64,000 bases of DNA from Mobula birostris (Eukaryota): the NCBI RefSeq assembly GCF_030028105.1, contig NC_092374.1:176972057-177036056 (forward strand). The letters are read 5' to 3'. Below are positions 47,790 through 61,079 of the stretch, in pieces. A program made the position numbers and the translations under genes. Positions within the stretch are counted from its first letter, which is position 1. The number at the start of each line of letters is the position of its first letter. The notes under the pieces are model-generated. The model did not search any database and was not told the origin of the DNA. It saw only the letters and a program-made list of their open reading frames with translations.

Positions 47790-48525
47790 TCAGGGTCCTT
47801 TTGAAGACCCTGACCTGGAGTTAAATGCTGACGATGGTCCTTTGCGGGAGAGGGACCCATCTCAGGTTTCACAACTGGCCGCGGTTCGGCACGCCAAGGG
47901 CTCCAGCCTAAGATTTCAGCTTGTCTTTAGAGGCCTAGGATCTCGGGGCTCTGGAGAGCGGCGGATCGAAAGTCAGTGTCACCGCAGGAGATCTGTGTGT
48001 CGTCAGGAGAGCCGGAAGATCTACGGCTGTGTGCCCAGAGACCTGAGATCTTTCGGCATAGAGCTCGTAAAAAAGAAACGCAACGGACTTTTAACGTCGT
48101 AAACTAGCGAGTTGTTTGTTCTATCTCCCCTCTCGCTGTGAAACAGAGACATCTGTTTCTCCCTTATTCGGGAGAGAGAGAGAGCCTGTGGTATGTCAAA
48201 TGCTGGGTGAACAATGTAGTCTTTGGAGCACTGCACTGCAAGTCTTTGTCTTTACTGTTGTCTTGTTCACGCTCGAGTGCACGGTGGTGGGTGCAGATGT
48301 TTTTTTTGCCGGTGGGGGAAAGGGGGGATTGTTGCTTGCTGCCGCTGATGTGCGGGAAGGAGGGGAGCTGAGAGGGACTTTGGGGTTCTGACATTTAACT
48401 GTTGTTCATCCTTTGGGGCACTCCTCTGTTTTCGTGGATAGGTGCAAAGAAAGAAGTATTTCAGGATGTACATTGTAACATTTCTCTGACATTAAATGTC
48501 CTTTTGAACCTTTGAACGCAGTTTG
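47790..48525 (+). mobile_element. Non-autonomous retroelement-like repeat with CATTAAATG..TTTGAACCTTTGAA tail
   Basis: CpG-rich head and a 3' tail like that at 16140-16160. No meaningful ORF. Confidence 0.45.
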
Positions 48526-49881
48526 CATCAAATTGAAACAGCTGTTGAGCATCCGGTAAGTGTTCCTGCATTTCTAGTGTCCACATAGCATGGCCACAAC
48601 TCACTAATCCTAAATCGTACATCTTTAGACGGCGGGGACAAAGCACAGCATCCGGAGGAAAGTAACAAGGTTACAAGGAGAACATACAAGCCCCTTACTG
48701 ACAGCAGTAACACCCCCGATCTCACAGTTTTGCCAACTGCTACACCAACCAGCTTGAATTGGTGTCCCAGCTGTGGTTTTGTGGGTCACACGCTCACCTC
48801 CCACACTAAAGATCGTCACATTTCTGCACTGCTTAATACTTATGCCTTTGAGGGAACACTGCATTGGGTGAGGTGTTAGGTTAGGTAGAACCCCTGTCTG
48901 TCTCTGCAGGTAAACCATGGCTCTAATTAGAGAGTTACCTCCCCAACACAACATTCATAGAAGCTCTCAACCAATGTCACCGAAAGCCAAACAGGACATC
49001 ACAAAATACTTCAAAGGATCTTGATGTTTACAGATTAGCAGCTGCTTTTCCTCTGTTAATGACCACGTTCAGGGAAAGCACCATAGATTTGGTCAAGATG
49101 TTGTCACAATCAAGCAAGAATCATTTTTGACAAATGAGGGTAAAGTTCTTAGCATTGCATAGCCAGACCGCACAAAGACAGGCCATTTGGTCCATTATAT
49201 GCATGCGGACCAATGAGGAGGTCGAGGTCTTTGGGTCGAACAAGATCTATTTCCTTGGTGACGTGTAACAGACTGTCTTAATGGGTCAGTTAAGATCAGA
49301 TTAATTGTTTTAGTGTGATGTCTGTGTTAAGGTGATGTGGCTGTCATCTTTGGGCATCTGAGGGGCTGGGAAGGTTTGTGTACGCTCGCAAGTCATCCCC
49401 CAAGCTAATTAAGCTGATTGGGGTTGGAACAATCGACTAAGCCCACTGTTGGGAGTTTTCTCTCAGGCAGGAAGGGGATAGAGATGGCAGGAAGCGACGG
49501 GGATCTCAGAGGTAGCGACTGGAGGAGGGCAAATGGCAGATTTCCGGGAAACGGAAAAATAAATAGCTTATTGAAGATTGTAGAGGCTTATCTTCCAGTG
49601 ATGAAGGCAGTAGATAGGATTTAAATAAAAGAAGGAAGGAAGAGTTTAAGGTTTTGCTGAGTTTTGAATGTGGGTCTGCTTCCAATATAAATCAATCATG
49701 GTAACTAAGAATTTGTAGCAACTGTGGAGGAAAACGTAGCTCTGATTATCCAGGATGTCCTGCATAATGCTGTGGAAGTGGCAGCATTTTCAGGTGGAAA
49801 TAGGTATATCATATGCAGAGGCTCTGCAGAAAATATAGAAGACAGTATCAATGGGATCCATTAATATCCAGAATGCAGATA

Positions 49882-50498
49882 CAAGGGGTGATAGACAAGT
49901 TCATGGCCTAAGGTAGCAGAAGTCAATTTTAGAAAACCTAGCACATTTATTTTTCAACATAGTCCCCTTCTACATGTACACACTTAGTCCAGCGATCGTG
50001 GAGCATACAGATCCTTTCTTTGTAGAAGTGGTCCACAGCAGGGGTGATTGATAAGTTTGTGGCCTAAGGGAGAGGGAGAGGATTTATTAACTTCAAACTT
50101 TTGCATTATCACTCAGAGAGTTGAACTGCACGTGCATGTAACGAAAGTGTCTTGGAGCTCCAGGTGGTCCACAGCAGGGGTGATTGTTAAGTTTGTGGCC
50201 TTAGGTAGAAGGAGATGGGTTATACAGCTCTTGTTACATGCAGGTGCAGTTCAACTCTTTGAGTGAAAATGCAGAAAGTTTGAAGTTAATAATATCTCCT
50301 TCTACCTTAGGCCATGAACTTATCAATAACCCCTGCCATGGACCACTTTCTGGAGGTCCAACAGAGTTCTACACTGAAGGGATCCATATATTCCACGACC
50401 GTTGGACTAAGTGTGTAAATGTAGGAAAAATAAATGTGCTAGGTTTTTTAAAATTGACTCCTGCAACTTGAGGCCACAAACTTACCAATCACCTCTTG
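49882..50498. mobile_element. Mariner-derived fold-back MITE, 617 bp
   Basis: ~75-bp TIRs (CAAG(G/A)GGTGAT...CCTAGCACATTTATTTTT) and TA TSD at 49880-49881 and 50499-50500. Both arms carry the mariner C-terminal FY..GI...HDRWTKCV.V.G remnant. Confidence 0.88.
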
Positions 50499-51009
50499 TA
50501 GTTTAATGGCATTGTGTAAAGTGCATAATTGTATAACCAAGGATTCTCTGATTGTTGATAAACTTTCATGGCAGATGTGGTAAATTGTATAGCACAAACT
50601 GAAATAGGAGAAATATTAAAATTATGTGAAAAGCAGAAGAAAAACATTGACATAAAATACTAGAAGCTATTAATGATGTCTTTCAAGGAGTAAAAATGCT
50701 CACATTTCAAAGGAGAGTTGTTAATGGCTTTTTAATCTTACAATGGAATTCTAGAGGCCTGTTAGCTAATGGTCAAGAGGTTAAGAAATTTCTTGAAAAT
50801 TTACCAAATAAACCTGACGTCATGTGTACAGGAAACCTAGTTGAAATCCTTTAAGTTTCAAAATACAAAGTTATGTTAACATAAGCCATAATTGGAAAAT
50901 GGGCAATGGAGGAGTGGCTACATTTGCCAAAACTGGAATAGCATATACAGTAGACTTTTGGAGTTTGGGGTTGTTTATGAGTCAATTGTGGTTGAAATTT
51001 AGGGAAGCT

Positions 51010-51575
51010 GAGATACTTCAACGTGTGTAGCAGGATATTGGAGATCTTTTACCAGTCTGTTGTAGCAAGTCTTCTTTGCTGCTTTTTGTTGGGGGAGCAG
51101 CATTGGAGCTGGTGATGCAAAAAGACTAAATAAACTCATCATAAAGGCTGGATCCGTCCTTGGCTACAGTCCAGACTCTTTTGACTAAATGGTGGAGAGG
51201 AGGTCACGAAACAAACTGCTATCCATTATGGAAAATCTGGCACCTCCTCTCCATTACCTATGGAATAAGTAGCGGAGCACCTTTTCGAATAGACTCATTC
51301 AGCTCTGCTGTCATAAGGATTGTTACAGAAAATCTTTCCTACCAAATGCAATAAGCATATACAACAATTCATCTCATTGCGACAGAACACGCATCCTAGT
51401 ACATTCGTCCCTGCTTTATTATTTCGTACATTATTATTGCATTTTATTGAACATTGGTATATTATTATGCTGTACATTATTGTTAGTTAGTCTGCACACT
51501 GCTGTGTGTTTTTAAATGCTGCTACTGTAATGAAAAAATTCCCCTCTTGGAATCAATAAAGTACTTATTATATAG
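51010..51575 (+). mobile_element. Rex1/Babar-like 3' fragment inserted in the Nimb-like LINE
   Basis: ILEIFYQSVVAS...WGSSI..GDAKRLNKLIIKAGS-like frame; AATAAAGTACTTATT tail. Confidence 0.7.
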
Positions 51576-52872
51576 ACCTACTTTGCTAATTTCACATGTA
51601 TGTAAGATAACGGAACAAACAGTTATCACAAGGCTTCCTGTAGGCTGTATACCCATCTGGATTTCGTAGAAAATGAATGATCATGGACTTGGTATTAAGT
51701 TTGGAATTTGGTATTCTTAAGGCCCAAGTTAATAAAGAACCAGTGGTGGCAGTTTTCTTTGATCTAGAGAGAGCTTATTTGTTATGGACACAAGGGTTGC
51801 TGCTTAAACTGGAAAAGATGGGAATAAGTGGTAGATGTTTTAAATGATAGGGAGATACAAGTTACGGTAGAAACACCATTCCTTAAGGAGTATGAAATAG
51901 AGAATGGGACCCCACTCCTTTTTATTATGATTAATGGTATCTTCTTAATTGTTGGCTTAGATATTTCCAGATCATTATATGCTGATGAAGGAATGCTGCA
52001 GCGTGGAAGAGAGGCAAGGACATAAATTATATAGTTACGAAAATGCAGGCAGCTATGAAGTAGAAAAACTGGTGACGTCGGTGTGTGTTTAAATTTTCTC
52101 TTGGGCAGTCTAAATTTTGTTTTTCTGAAAGGAACATTACACCCACACATGATCTCAAGCTTTACATTACATCACTTAAACAAGAGATACTGGTGAAGCT
52201 TTATGTTTGTAGTTGGTATGTTGATGGATACAAGGCTAACATGGATAGTGCATGTGAATAAAATTCCAGAGAAATGTCGTTAACGTGCTCAGTTGCTTAG
52301 TTGGGTGTGAGTAGGAGGTCACTGAAGTAAATGTATATTGCTTTAATCTGTATTTGATTATGGATGTGTTGCCTCACCAGTGGTCTTAAAGACCCGAGAT
52401 AAAGTTCAATCTCAAGCATTCAGATTATGTTGTGGTACTATTAAATCTCCCAAATTCTACTATTACTGGGAGAAATGGGTGAAGTACCTTTTTAGTTGGG
52501 ATAAGGGAATAAAACAACGGCTTTTATATAAAATTCAGAGGATGGTGGGAACTCAACTAGGAGATAGATATGAAAAGAGTGAATTCACACTTACATATTT
52601 ACATATTGGACATACTAAGTTGAATAATGTGCATGATGTTGGCATCTGCAGTGAGTGTATTTGTCAAGAAACAGTGCAGCATATATTGTTTGAATGCAGT
52701 TCCTAAGAGGTGGAAAGGAAACTTCTCATTGTTAAATTGCGATCTTTGGCACACAGGTAAACATGGAAAGTTTGTTACGATACCACTGCCATCTAATGTG
52801 TTTAAGTGAGCATTGACTTTCATTGTGATGAGCATCAGACTTTTTGATATTACTTGAGGTTTTCTTGGTGAT

Positions 52873-52873
<1 letters not shown>

Positions 52874-52922
<49 letters not shown>

Positions 52923-52925
52923 TGT
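52874..52925. repeat. (GT)n microsatellite
   Basis: Direct reading. Confidence 0.95.
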
Positions 52926-53389
52926 CGGCGGGGGTGTGGTTTCGTGAATATAATTCCTGACTCTTCACTCCACACCCCAACTCAGTAGGTGGCGGTAATG
53001 CACCCTATGTTGGCCTGCCTACTGCCGTTAAACTTCACAGAGGAAAAAGATCTTTTGGAACCCGCGACAGATCTCAAACGCTAGTTGAACATTTTCAGTG
53101 ATAATTTTATCCCGAACTTATAGGCTCCAAAAATTCCCCAGTATCTTGGATTTCCTCTGTAGGACACATGAATGCGATGCACCAGTCCTCCAGTCTAATG
53201 GGGGCACGCCTGGGATCTCTAGAAGATTAGGGGTGAGTTTCCAAAGTGCAACTCCAGACCTTTAAAACCATCACTCACCCTCGCCTTACCTGTCTGGCTT
53301 CCCGCAACAGAGCAGAGCGACAATATGGTGAAAAGGAGCAATCCCGGTCCGTTCCAACTCTCCATTGCGGTGTCTCCTGACCTCGACCA

Positions 53390-53700
53390 ATCTACTCGTT
53401 GGCCAATAAACTGCTGAGGGCGCAGATACGATTCACGGAGGCAGTTCGGGGATAAATAGTGCCCGCTACAAGGAGCAGCCAGTAAGAGCTCCTGTAACTA
53501 AAAATCTTCCTGCAGAAATAACCAGCCCGCTGCTGCTCTGGAGTGTGGAGGGAGGGAGGGAGGGAGGGAAGCGGGGCGGTAGACAGCCGGCCAGGCACAG
53601 GATGTGCAGTGGAGGATGCGGAGCCGAACCACTTCCAGTAAGGATGTGGGCACATGCAGACCGCGACAGAGAGGAGCAGGCAGCAACACCCAGTCACTGA
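53390..53700 (+). promoter_or_regulatory. CpG-rich promoter-like segment (CCAAT box, GC box, GGGA repeats)
   Basis: GGCCAATAAA at ~53401; GCGGGGCGG at ~53571; locally CpG-rich and not recognisably a repeat. Candidate donor CCA|GTAAGG at 53638. Confidence 0.3.
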
Positions 53701-53773
53701 CACATCTCTGGCAGGTTTCCAGGACCCTCCTGGGAGATGATCACCACAAACCGTCTCCAGCCGCTGTATAAAA

Positions 53774-53854
53774 CAGGGGTTCCCAATCTTTTTTAATTTC
53801 TTCGACCAATATAATTAAGCAAGGGGGCCATGGACCCCAGGCTGGGAATCCCTG
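53774..53854. mobile_element. Short hAT/Charlie-type MITE, 81 bp
   Basis: TIRs CAGGG(G/A)TTCCCA. Degenerate 8-bp flanks GTATAAAA / CTGTAAAG. Confidence 0.7.
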
Positions 53855-54529
53855 CTGTAAAGCAAAACTGATGCAAGGACTCAGCGGGTCAGGCAGCATC
53901 TATGGAGGGAAATGCGCAGACGACGTTTTGGGTCAAAGTACTTCATCTAGACTGGAAGGGTGAAAGGTAGATAGCCGGCTAGGTGAAGTGCTGAGAGTAG
54001 AGATAAGATTCCAAAACGTCAACTGACCACTTCCCTCTACACGAGATCCCCCAGAATTTTGGTTTCTGCTCTAAATTCTAGCGACTGCTTATTCATGTGT
54101 CTCTATCCACTCGATTCCCCTGATCTCGTCTCTTGCGCCCTCGCTCCTGGACAACTAGGATTACACTTTTGTACAATACACTGCCAGACGCCAGTGCGGA
54201 CTTCCTTGCAAACTCATTGCTCCCCAAGCTGCACGTATCCCTCTCTCTCCCCCCACTTCCTCACTTGTCTACACCCCAGCCTGTCCTTTTCCCACGTGCG
54301 CGTTCTTCATTCGTGCACGCGCTCCCGTCCCGCCCAAGCGCTCTCTAACCCTGCACGCTTTCCCCAACCCTTCCCCACCCCCGTACGCTCTCCCACGTTC
54401 CTTCATGCATCCCTTCTCTCCCTCATACCCTGTCGACTACACTATGTGTCCTCTCCTCCCTCTTGAGTTTTCCCACTCAGTTGGAGTCTGCGTGCGGTTC
54501 CACGCTACAAGATGGATGCGCGAAGAGTA

Positions 54530-54945
54530 TAGAGGATGGAGAAGAGATGCACCCTAGAATGTTTGATTTATGAGAAGAGGCTGGAGAGGCTGGGTTTGTT
54601 CTCCCAGGGACAGGGGCTGTTCCTGAAATTACATTGAGTATAGATCGAGTACAAGACTCTACTCCTTGTGTCACAGGTATTTATGGAGGTAATCGACTTG
54701 GGTGATAGGGAAAAGATTCAGATGAAAACCTTTTCATCCAGAGAGCGGTGAGTATCTGGAACATATTGCCAGTTAGTTGTGGAAGCAGAATCATTGAAGT
54801 TGTCTCTGGACAAACACTTGAATCTCCCAGCTGCAGAAGACAAAGGAACAATTGTTGGAAGATTAGTTTAATAAGGAAGGGTACTCACTGGTTGACATGG
54901 ACATGGTGGACTGAACGGCCTGTTTCATGCTGTATGGCCATGACT
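54530..54945 (+). mobile_element. CR1 3' end remnant
   Basis: GAGAGGCTGGGTTTGTTCTC...GGTGAGTATCTGGAAC...GGCCTGTTTC 3' CR1 sequence. Confidence 0.55.
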
Positions 54946-55179
54946 TTCCCTCCCTGTGCTCTTGCATTCCCCATTGGGTTCTCCCTTCACCATCCTTCGG
55001 GTGTTCTTCCTCCTATTGCAGTCCCTTTCCCACAACCCACCCTGCCACATTCTTCCCCCTTCCCCAGTGTGCCATACTTTCCAGGTTTCAACCACGACTG
55101 ATATCCTGTCCTAAATTGGTAGAGGTTTGATCAGAATAATATAAGTGGGGATGTCACAATAGTAGATTGGCAGCAAATT

Positions 55180-55830
55180 CTTGCAAGTTAAATGACACCT
55201 GACAAGTGAGGATACAGAGTACAAGAGAGATACAGAGAAAGGCAAGGACGAAAACTCCAGGGAACAGGGGATATTAAACAACACACAAAAATTGCTGGTG
55301 AATGCAGCAGGCCTGGCAGCATCTATAGGAAGAGGTACAGTCGACGTTGCGGGCTGAGACTCTTCGTCAGGACTAACAGAAAGAAGAGATAGTAAGAGAT
55401 TTGAAAGTGGGAGGGGGAGGGGCAGATCAAAAATGATAGGAGAGGACTGGACGGGGAGGGATGGAGCCAAGAGCTAGAAAGTTGATTGGCAAAAGGCATA
55501 TGAGAGGATCATGGGACAGGAGGCCTAGGGAGAAAGAAAGGGGGAGGGGGGAAGACCAGAGGATGGGCAAGGGGTATAGCGAGAGGTACAGAGGGAGAAA
55601 AAGGAGAGAGAGATAAAAATATATATATCAATGTTCATGCCGTCAGGTTGGAGGCTATCCAGACGGAATATAAGGTGTTGTTCCTCCAACCTGAGTGTGG
55701 CTTCATCTTGCCAGTAGAGGAGGCCGTGGATAGACATATCAGAATGGGAATCGGACGTGGAAGTAAAATGACTGGCCATTGGGAGATCCTGCTTTCTCTG
55801 GCAGACAGAGCGTAGGTGTTCAGCGAAATG
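55180..55830 (-). mobile_element. Penelope-like element 3' part (GIY-YIG C-terminus + terminal repeat)
   Basis: ORF 55525..55884: FAEHLRSVC...HSDMSIHGLLY..DEATLRLEEQHLIFRL.SLQPDGMNID. Confidence 0.85.
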
Positions 55831-55879
55831 GTTTGATATTACAATGGGAGATGGAAAAGTCATGTCAAAGAGGCAATGA

Positions 55880-57050
55880 CACAATCATAAATAGGCATTT
55901 CAAAGTGCAGGTAGATTGGGAAAATCAGATTGGTGCTGGATCCTAAGGAGAGAATTTGTAGAATGCCTACAAGATGCCTTTTTAGAGCAGCTTGTTGTTG
56001 AGCCAATTAGGGGAAAGGCTATTTTGGAACGGGTTTTGTGTAATATTAAAGGATCCAGCACCAATCTGAAATGGATTAGGGAAATTAAGGTGGTAGTGAT
56101 CATAATATTATGGTGTTTACACTTCAGTATGGGAGGGAGAAGCTAAACTCAAATATACTAGTATTACAGTAGGCTAAAGGGAATTATGGAGGCACGTTGG
56201 AGGAACTGGCCAAAGTTGACTTGCATGGGACACTTTGAGGGATGAAGGCAGAACGGCAAGTGCTGCAGTTTCTGGGCGAAATTCAGAAGGGACTAGACAG
56301 ATACATCCCAAAGAAGGAGAATTGTAAAGGCAAGTTGACACAACTGTGGCTGGCAAGGGAAGACAAAAACAGCATAGAAGCAACAGAGAGGGTATATATT
56401 GAAGGACGTCGAAGCTTTTAAAAACCAATATAAAGCAAAAAAAAAGCCAAAAGGTGGGTTAAGGTAAAGTATGAAGGTAAGCTAGCTAATAATATGAAAA
56501 AGCACATTAAAGATTTTTTCAGATATATAAAGGGTAAAAGAGATGTACGAACAGATATCGGACCGATGGAAAATAACTCTGGAGAGGTAGTAATGGGATT
56601 CAAGGAAACGACAAAACAGAATATGGATTTTGCACCCCTCTTCACTGTACAAGACACCAGCAGTGTGTCAGATGTTCCCGAGTGTCAGGGGCAGGAGTAA
56701 GCACAGCTATTATTACTAGGCAGAAGATACTTGGGAAGTTAAAGGACTGAAGGTCACTTGGACCAGATGAACTAGACCCCAGGGTTCTGAATGAAGTTTA
56801 TGAAGGGATTATGGAGGGATTCTCAATCATCTTTCAAGAAGTAACAGATTCTGCCATGGTTCATGAGGACTGTAAAATTGCATATGTCATTCTAATTTTC
56901 AAAAAGGGAGTGAGGCAGATAACAGGAAATTTAACCTGAATTTGGTGGTTGGGAAGATGCCCGAGTTGATTGTTAAGTATATGCTGTCGTATATTTGGAC
57001 ACATATGATAAAATAGGCCGAAGTCAACATGGTTTCCATAAGTGAAAGCA
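55880..57050 (+). mobile_element. CR1 ORF2 fragment (APE end to pre-RT)
   Basis: ORFs 55916..56146 (EFVECLQDAFLEQLVVEP) and 56494..56700 (KDFFRYIKGKR). Confidence 0.8.
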
Positions 57051-57959
57051 GTCATTAAGTTCACCCACCATTTCTTTCATCCCAGTACAATCTCTCCAGA
57101 GTCGTTTTACAGTGGTCAAATATCCACTTTCGTCTCTCTTTTACACGTTATATAGCTGAAAACAAAATTTTTGATATCGTTATTAGAGTGATTTTGGGGT
57201 TTAGTACATACACATTTAACAATTGACTTTGTCTACCAGTCTCACATCTAAAAATGTGTGGTGCATTTAATTGGGAGTGCAGCTCTGAACAATGGGTTTT
57301 GAAAAGCTATGAATCCCAGTCCAGACAACGTTGATTAAAATTCATTTGGATGTCTGTAGTGTCGATGTGGATCAGGAGGTGTGAATTTGAATGTAGGTTC
57401 AGACCGAAAGCATTATCCATACATTGTAAATATGGAGTTGTCCTTTGACTTTTGGTACATAAATTATGGAGCCCCGTGTTGGGCCAGCAGACCTTTCCAC
57501 CAAAAGCATCTCCATATGATGCCTGCTGTACCTTGTTTTGTTAATTAAAGAAGCTGCTTTGTATTTATTAGTAATTTCTCAGGTGACTAATTCACACAAC
57601 AACATTTAGTATGAGGAGTGGGATGACTTGGTGACCCGTCGTGTAGTCAGTGATCTTAGTAGTCTAACTGGGTGAGGATTTTTTTTTTTTTAAATTAGCA
57701 CTCACACGTGGATTTGTGGTACATGGGAACACGGGCTATCACGTACACGTAGAACTGAAGTGGTAGATATAAATGTGCTGTGTGCGGGTGCACGTGTAGA
57801 GGAAACTTTACGTGTTAACTTGGTGAGGTGGAGCTGCCAGTTGCGAAGGGTGTTTACCGACGGTTCGGGATGCCAGAGTGGGAGCGTGTGTACTTGTTCA
57901 AGGAGCTGCATTTTAGAATACACGCTTTGCGAGAGTGATGCAAAGGAATACAGTAGACA

Positions 57960-58320
57960 TCATGAGTTCAGGTGTTCAAAAGCGGCAGATCGCAGAATAC
58001 ATACTCTGCGGTTTTAAGCACGTGCTGCTTAACTGATACCCGCCTTTTACGTTTTGCATAGTGTGGGAAATAGTGTAGAGATATTTCAGGGAGAGTTTTT
58101 ACCCAGATATTTTAGTCAGGATGACACCTACAGAGATCAAGCCACGTCAACTTGAGAATCCTGCTGATCCGAGCCAGTCCTTAAAACATTAATTACGACC
58201 GTTCATATGCCCTTCATCTCCGGAGAGCAACATAACTTTTTATCAGATTTGCCCTCATTTAAAGTCGCATGTGGGATTTCAGAATACTGGCGCAAGTTCG
58301 GGGAAAAGGTTGAAATTCAC
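57960..58320 (+). pseudogene. Possible hAT/Charlie transposase N-terminal remnant
   Basis: KRQIAEYILCGF followed by a KPRQL-like motif, reminiscent of the RQY..EY...GF...MKPS.L BED-like region. Heavily decayed. Confidence 0.3.
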
Positions 58321-58349
58321 CTGATGCACAACAAAGCTATCAGAATCAC

Positions 58350-58441
58350 GTCTATTTCCTATGGCACATGACGTTAAATTTGTTAACTGAGCAGCAGCAG
58401 TTCAAAGCATACACGCAATATAGAAGAAAAACACAGAATAA

Positions 58442-58476
<35 letters not shown>

Positions 58477-60500
58477 GCATTACAGTATACATATATTGAA
58501 TAGATTAAAATCGTGCAAAAACAGAAATACTATATATTTAAAAAGTGAGGTAGTGTCCAAGGGTTCAATGTTCAATTTAGGAATATAATGGCAGAGGGGA
58601 CGAAGCTGTTCGTGAAGCACTGAGTGTGTGCTTTCAGGCTTCCGTACCTCCTACCTGATGGTAACAGTGAGAAAAGGGTATGCCTGCAGTTACTTAATAA
58701 CGGATTGTGCCTTTCTGAGACACAGCTCCTTAAAGATGTCCTGGGTACTTTGTAGGCTTGTACCCAAGATGGAGCTGACTAAATTTATAATCCTCTGCAG
58801 CCTGTTTCAGTCCTGTGCAGTAACACCATGCCAGATCATGACGTAGCCTGTCAGAATGCTCTCCACTGTACATGTATAGAAGTTTCTCAGTATATTTGTT
58901 GACATATCAAATCGCTTCATACTGCTAATGAAGTATAGCCACTGTCTTGCCTTCTTTATAACTGCATTGATATGTAGCGACCAGGTTACATCCTCAGAGA
59001 TCTTGACACCCAGGAGCTTGAAACTGCTTACGCCCTCTCCTTCTGAGCCCTCTATGAAAATTGGCATGTGTTCCTTCGGCTTATCCTTCCTGAAGTCCAC
59101 AATCAGTTCTTTCGTCTTTCTGACGTTGAGTGCTAAGTTTTTGCTGCGGCACCACTCCACTAGTTAGCATATCACTCTCCGGTACGTCCTCTTGTCACCA
59201 CCTGCGATTCTACCAACAATGGTTGTATTATCAGCAAATTTATAGATGGTATTTGAGCTATGCCTAGCCACACAGTCATGGATATATAGAGAGTAGAACA
59301 GTGGTCTAAGCACACACCTCTGAGATGCACCAGTGTTGATCGTCAGCGAGGAGGAAATGTCATCACCAATCCACGTAGATTGTGGCCTTATGGATGGGAA
59401 GTCGAGGATCCAATTGCAGAAGGCCGTACAGAGGCCCAGGTTCTGAAATTTCTCAGTCAGGATTGTAGGAATGATGGTATTAAATGCTGCGCTATGGTTG
59501 ATGAACAGCATTCTAACTTAGGTATTTATGTTGCCTAAAGCCATGCGGAGAGCCATTGAGGTTGCTTCTACCATTGACCTATTGTGGCGATAGGCAAATT
59601 GCAATGGTCCAGGTCCTTGCTGAGGCAGGAGTTCAGCCCAGTCATGACCAACCTCTCAAAGATTTTAATCACTGTAAATATGAGTGCTACCGGGCGATAG
59701 TCAATAAGGCAGATCACATTATTCTTCTTAGGCACCTGCATAATTGTTGCCTTTTTGAAGCAAGTGGGAACTTCCGCCTGTAGCAGTGAGAGGTTGAAAA
59801 TCTCCTTGAATACTCCACCAGCTGGTTGGCACAGGTTATTATATCTTTACCAAGTACTGCATCAGGACATTCCGCCTTGCGAGAGTTCACTCTTTTTAAA
59901 GATGGCCTAACATCGGCTTCTGAGACAGAGTTCACAGGGTCATCAGGTACAGCAGGGATCTTCACAGCTGTAGTTGTATTCTCCCTTTAATGCTGGCATA
60001 GAAGGTGTTGAGTTCATCTGGTCAGGAAACATTGCTGCCATTCATGCTATTGGGTTTCGCTTCGTTGGAAGTAATGTCTTGCTAACCCAGCCAGAGTTGC
60101 CGTGCATCCGATGTCCCCCTCCATTCTCATTCAAAATTGTCTCTTCATCCTGCAAATAGCCCTCTGCAAATCATACCTGTGTCGGCAGATTTGAATGTCA
60201 CAGATCTCGCCTTCAGAAGATGACAGACCTCCTGGTTCATCGACAGCTTTTGGTTTGGGAATGTACAGTAAGTCTTTGTAGGCCCACACTCATCCACACA
60301 GGTTGTAATGAAGTCAGCATACTCATCCAGGTTCGATGATGAATCCCTTGAATACAGTCCAGTCCACCGATTCAAAGAAGTCCTGCACGCGTCCTGTGCT
60401 TCCCTTGTCCGTACTTTCTTGGTTCCCACTACTGGTACTGCAGACTTTAGACTCTGCCTATAGTCAGGGAGTAGAAGTGCTCTCAGATGATCCAATGTCC
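58350..60500 (-). mobile_element. Rex1/Babar-like LINE (end of APE, RT, 3' tail), disrupted
   Basis: ORFs 60145..60495 (DH..LLLPDYRQSLK), 59714..59965, 59164..59511 ([23 protein letters not shown]) and 58807..59160. (AAT)n at 58442-58470. Confidence 0.9.
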
Positions 60501-61079
60501 CAAAGAGAGGGCGTGGAATAACACAGTATGCATTCTTGACGGTGGTGTAACAGTGGCCTAGTGTGTTGTTTCCTCTAGTATTGCAAGTGATCTGTTGATG
60601 CTAATTGCTTAGTATCCTTTTTTTCAGATTGGCCTGGTGAAGATGTCCCAAAAGAACTACTTCACCTCTTCTTTTGAGAGACTCTAAAATCTATCTTGAC
60701 TGTGTAAAGTAAACCTGTCAGTCTTAATTGCTGCATTCAGTACGGAAGGATTTCACCAGGATTCCGTGAAACAAAGGGCACACACGGTCCTAATGAACCT
60801 CTGATTCAGCACCCAAGCTCAGAGATCATTGAGTTTATTCACTAGTGACTACACGTTTGCCAGCAAGATAGACAGTACTGGGAATTTAAAACTTTGTTTC
60901 CTTAAGTACACTTATAACCCCGATCTACGAACATGCTTCCTCCATGGAATCAGTGGTGTTTCTGTTGGTTTTAAGCAGCGATAACCCGTTAAAACGCATT
61001 AAGACATCTTTTTTGACTGCACTGACTTTGAAAAAAAGATGTGCTTTTTTGCTGTATCAGGCTGAAATGGGAATATTTA

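Larger units (their letters stand above)
49500..53050 (+). mobile_element. Nimb/I-clade LINE, degenerate and internally deleted
   Basis: ORF1 CSNCGG..S..YPGCP and GISYAEALQKI (49710-49840). APE start ILQWNSRGLLANGQE (50735). RT KAQVNKEPVVAVFFDLERAY (51715-51780). C-terminal C.C.ETVQHILFEC. 3' GTAGGTGGCGGTAATGCACC. Confidence 0.8.

Noticed and set aside
53392-53703. Minus ORF beginning VSVTGCCCLLLSVAVC as a distal signal-peptide exon for gene B
   Set aside because: It starts at GTG; the nearby ATG is out of frame and closes after 3 codons, and no credible phase-1 donor follows.
60628-60850. Acceptor-like sites (TTTTTTCAG at 60627, CATTCAG at 60740) as exons of another gene
   Set aside because: All frames close quickly or give unrecognisable peptides, and there are no supporting partner exons.
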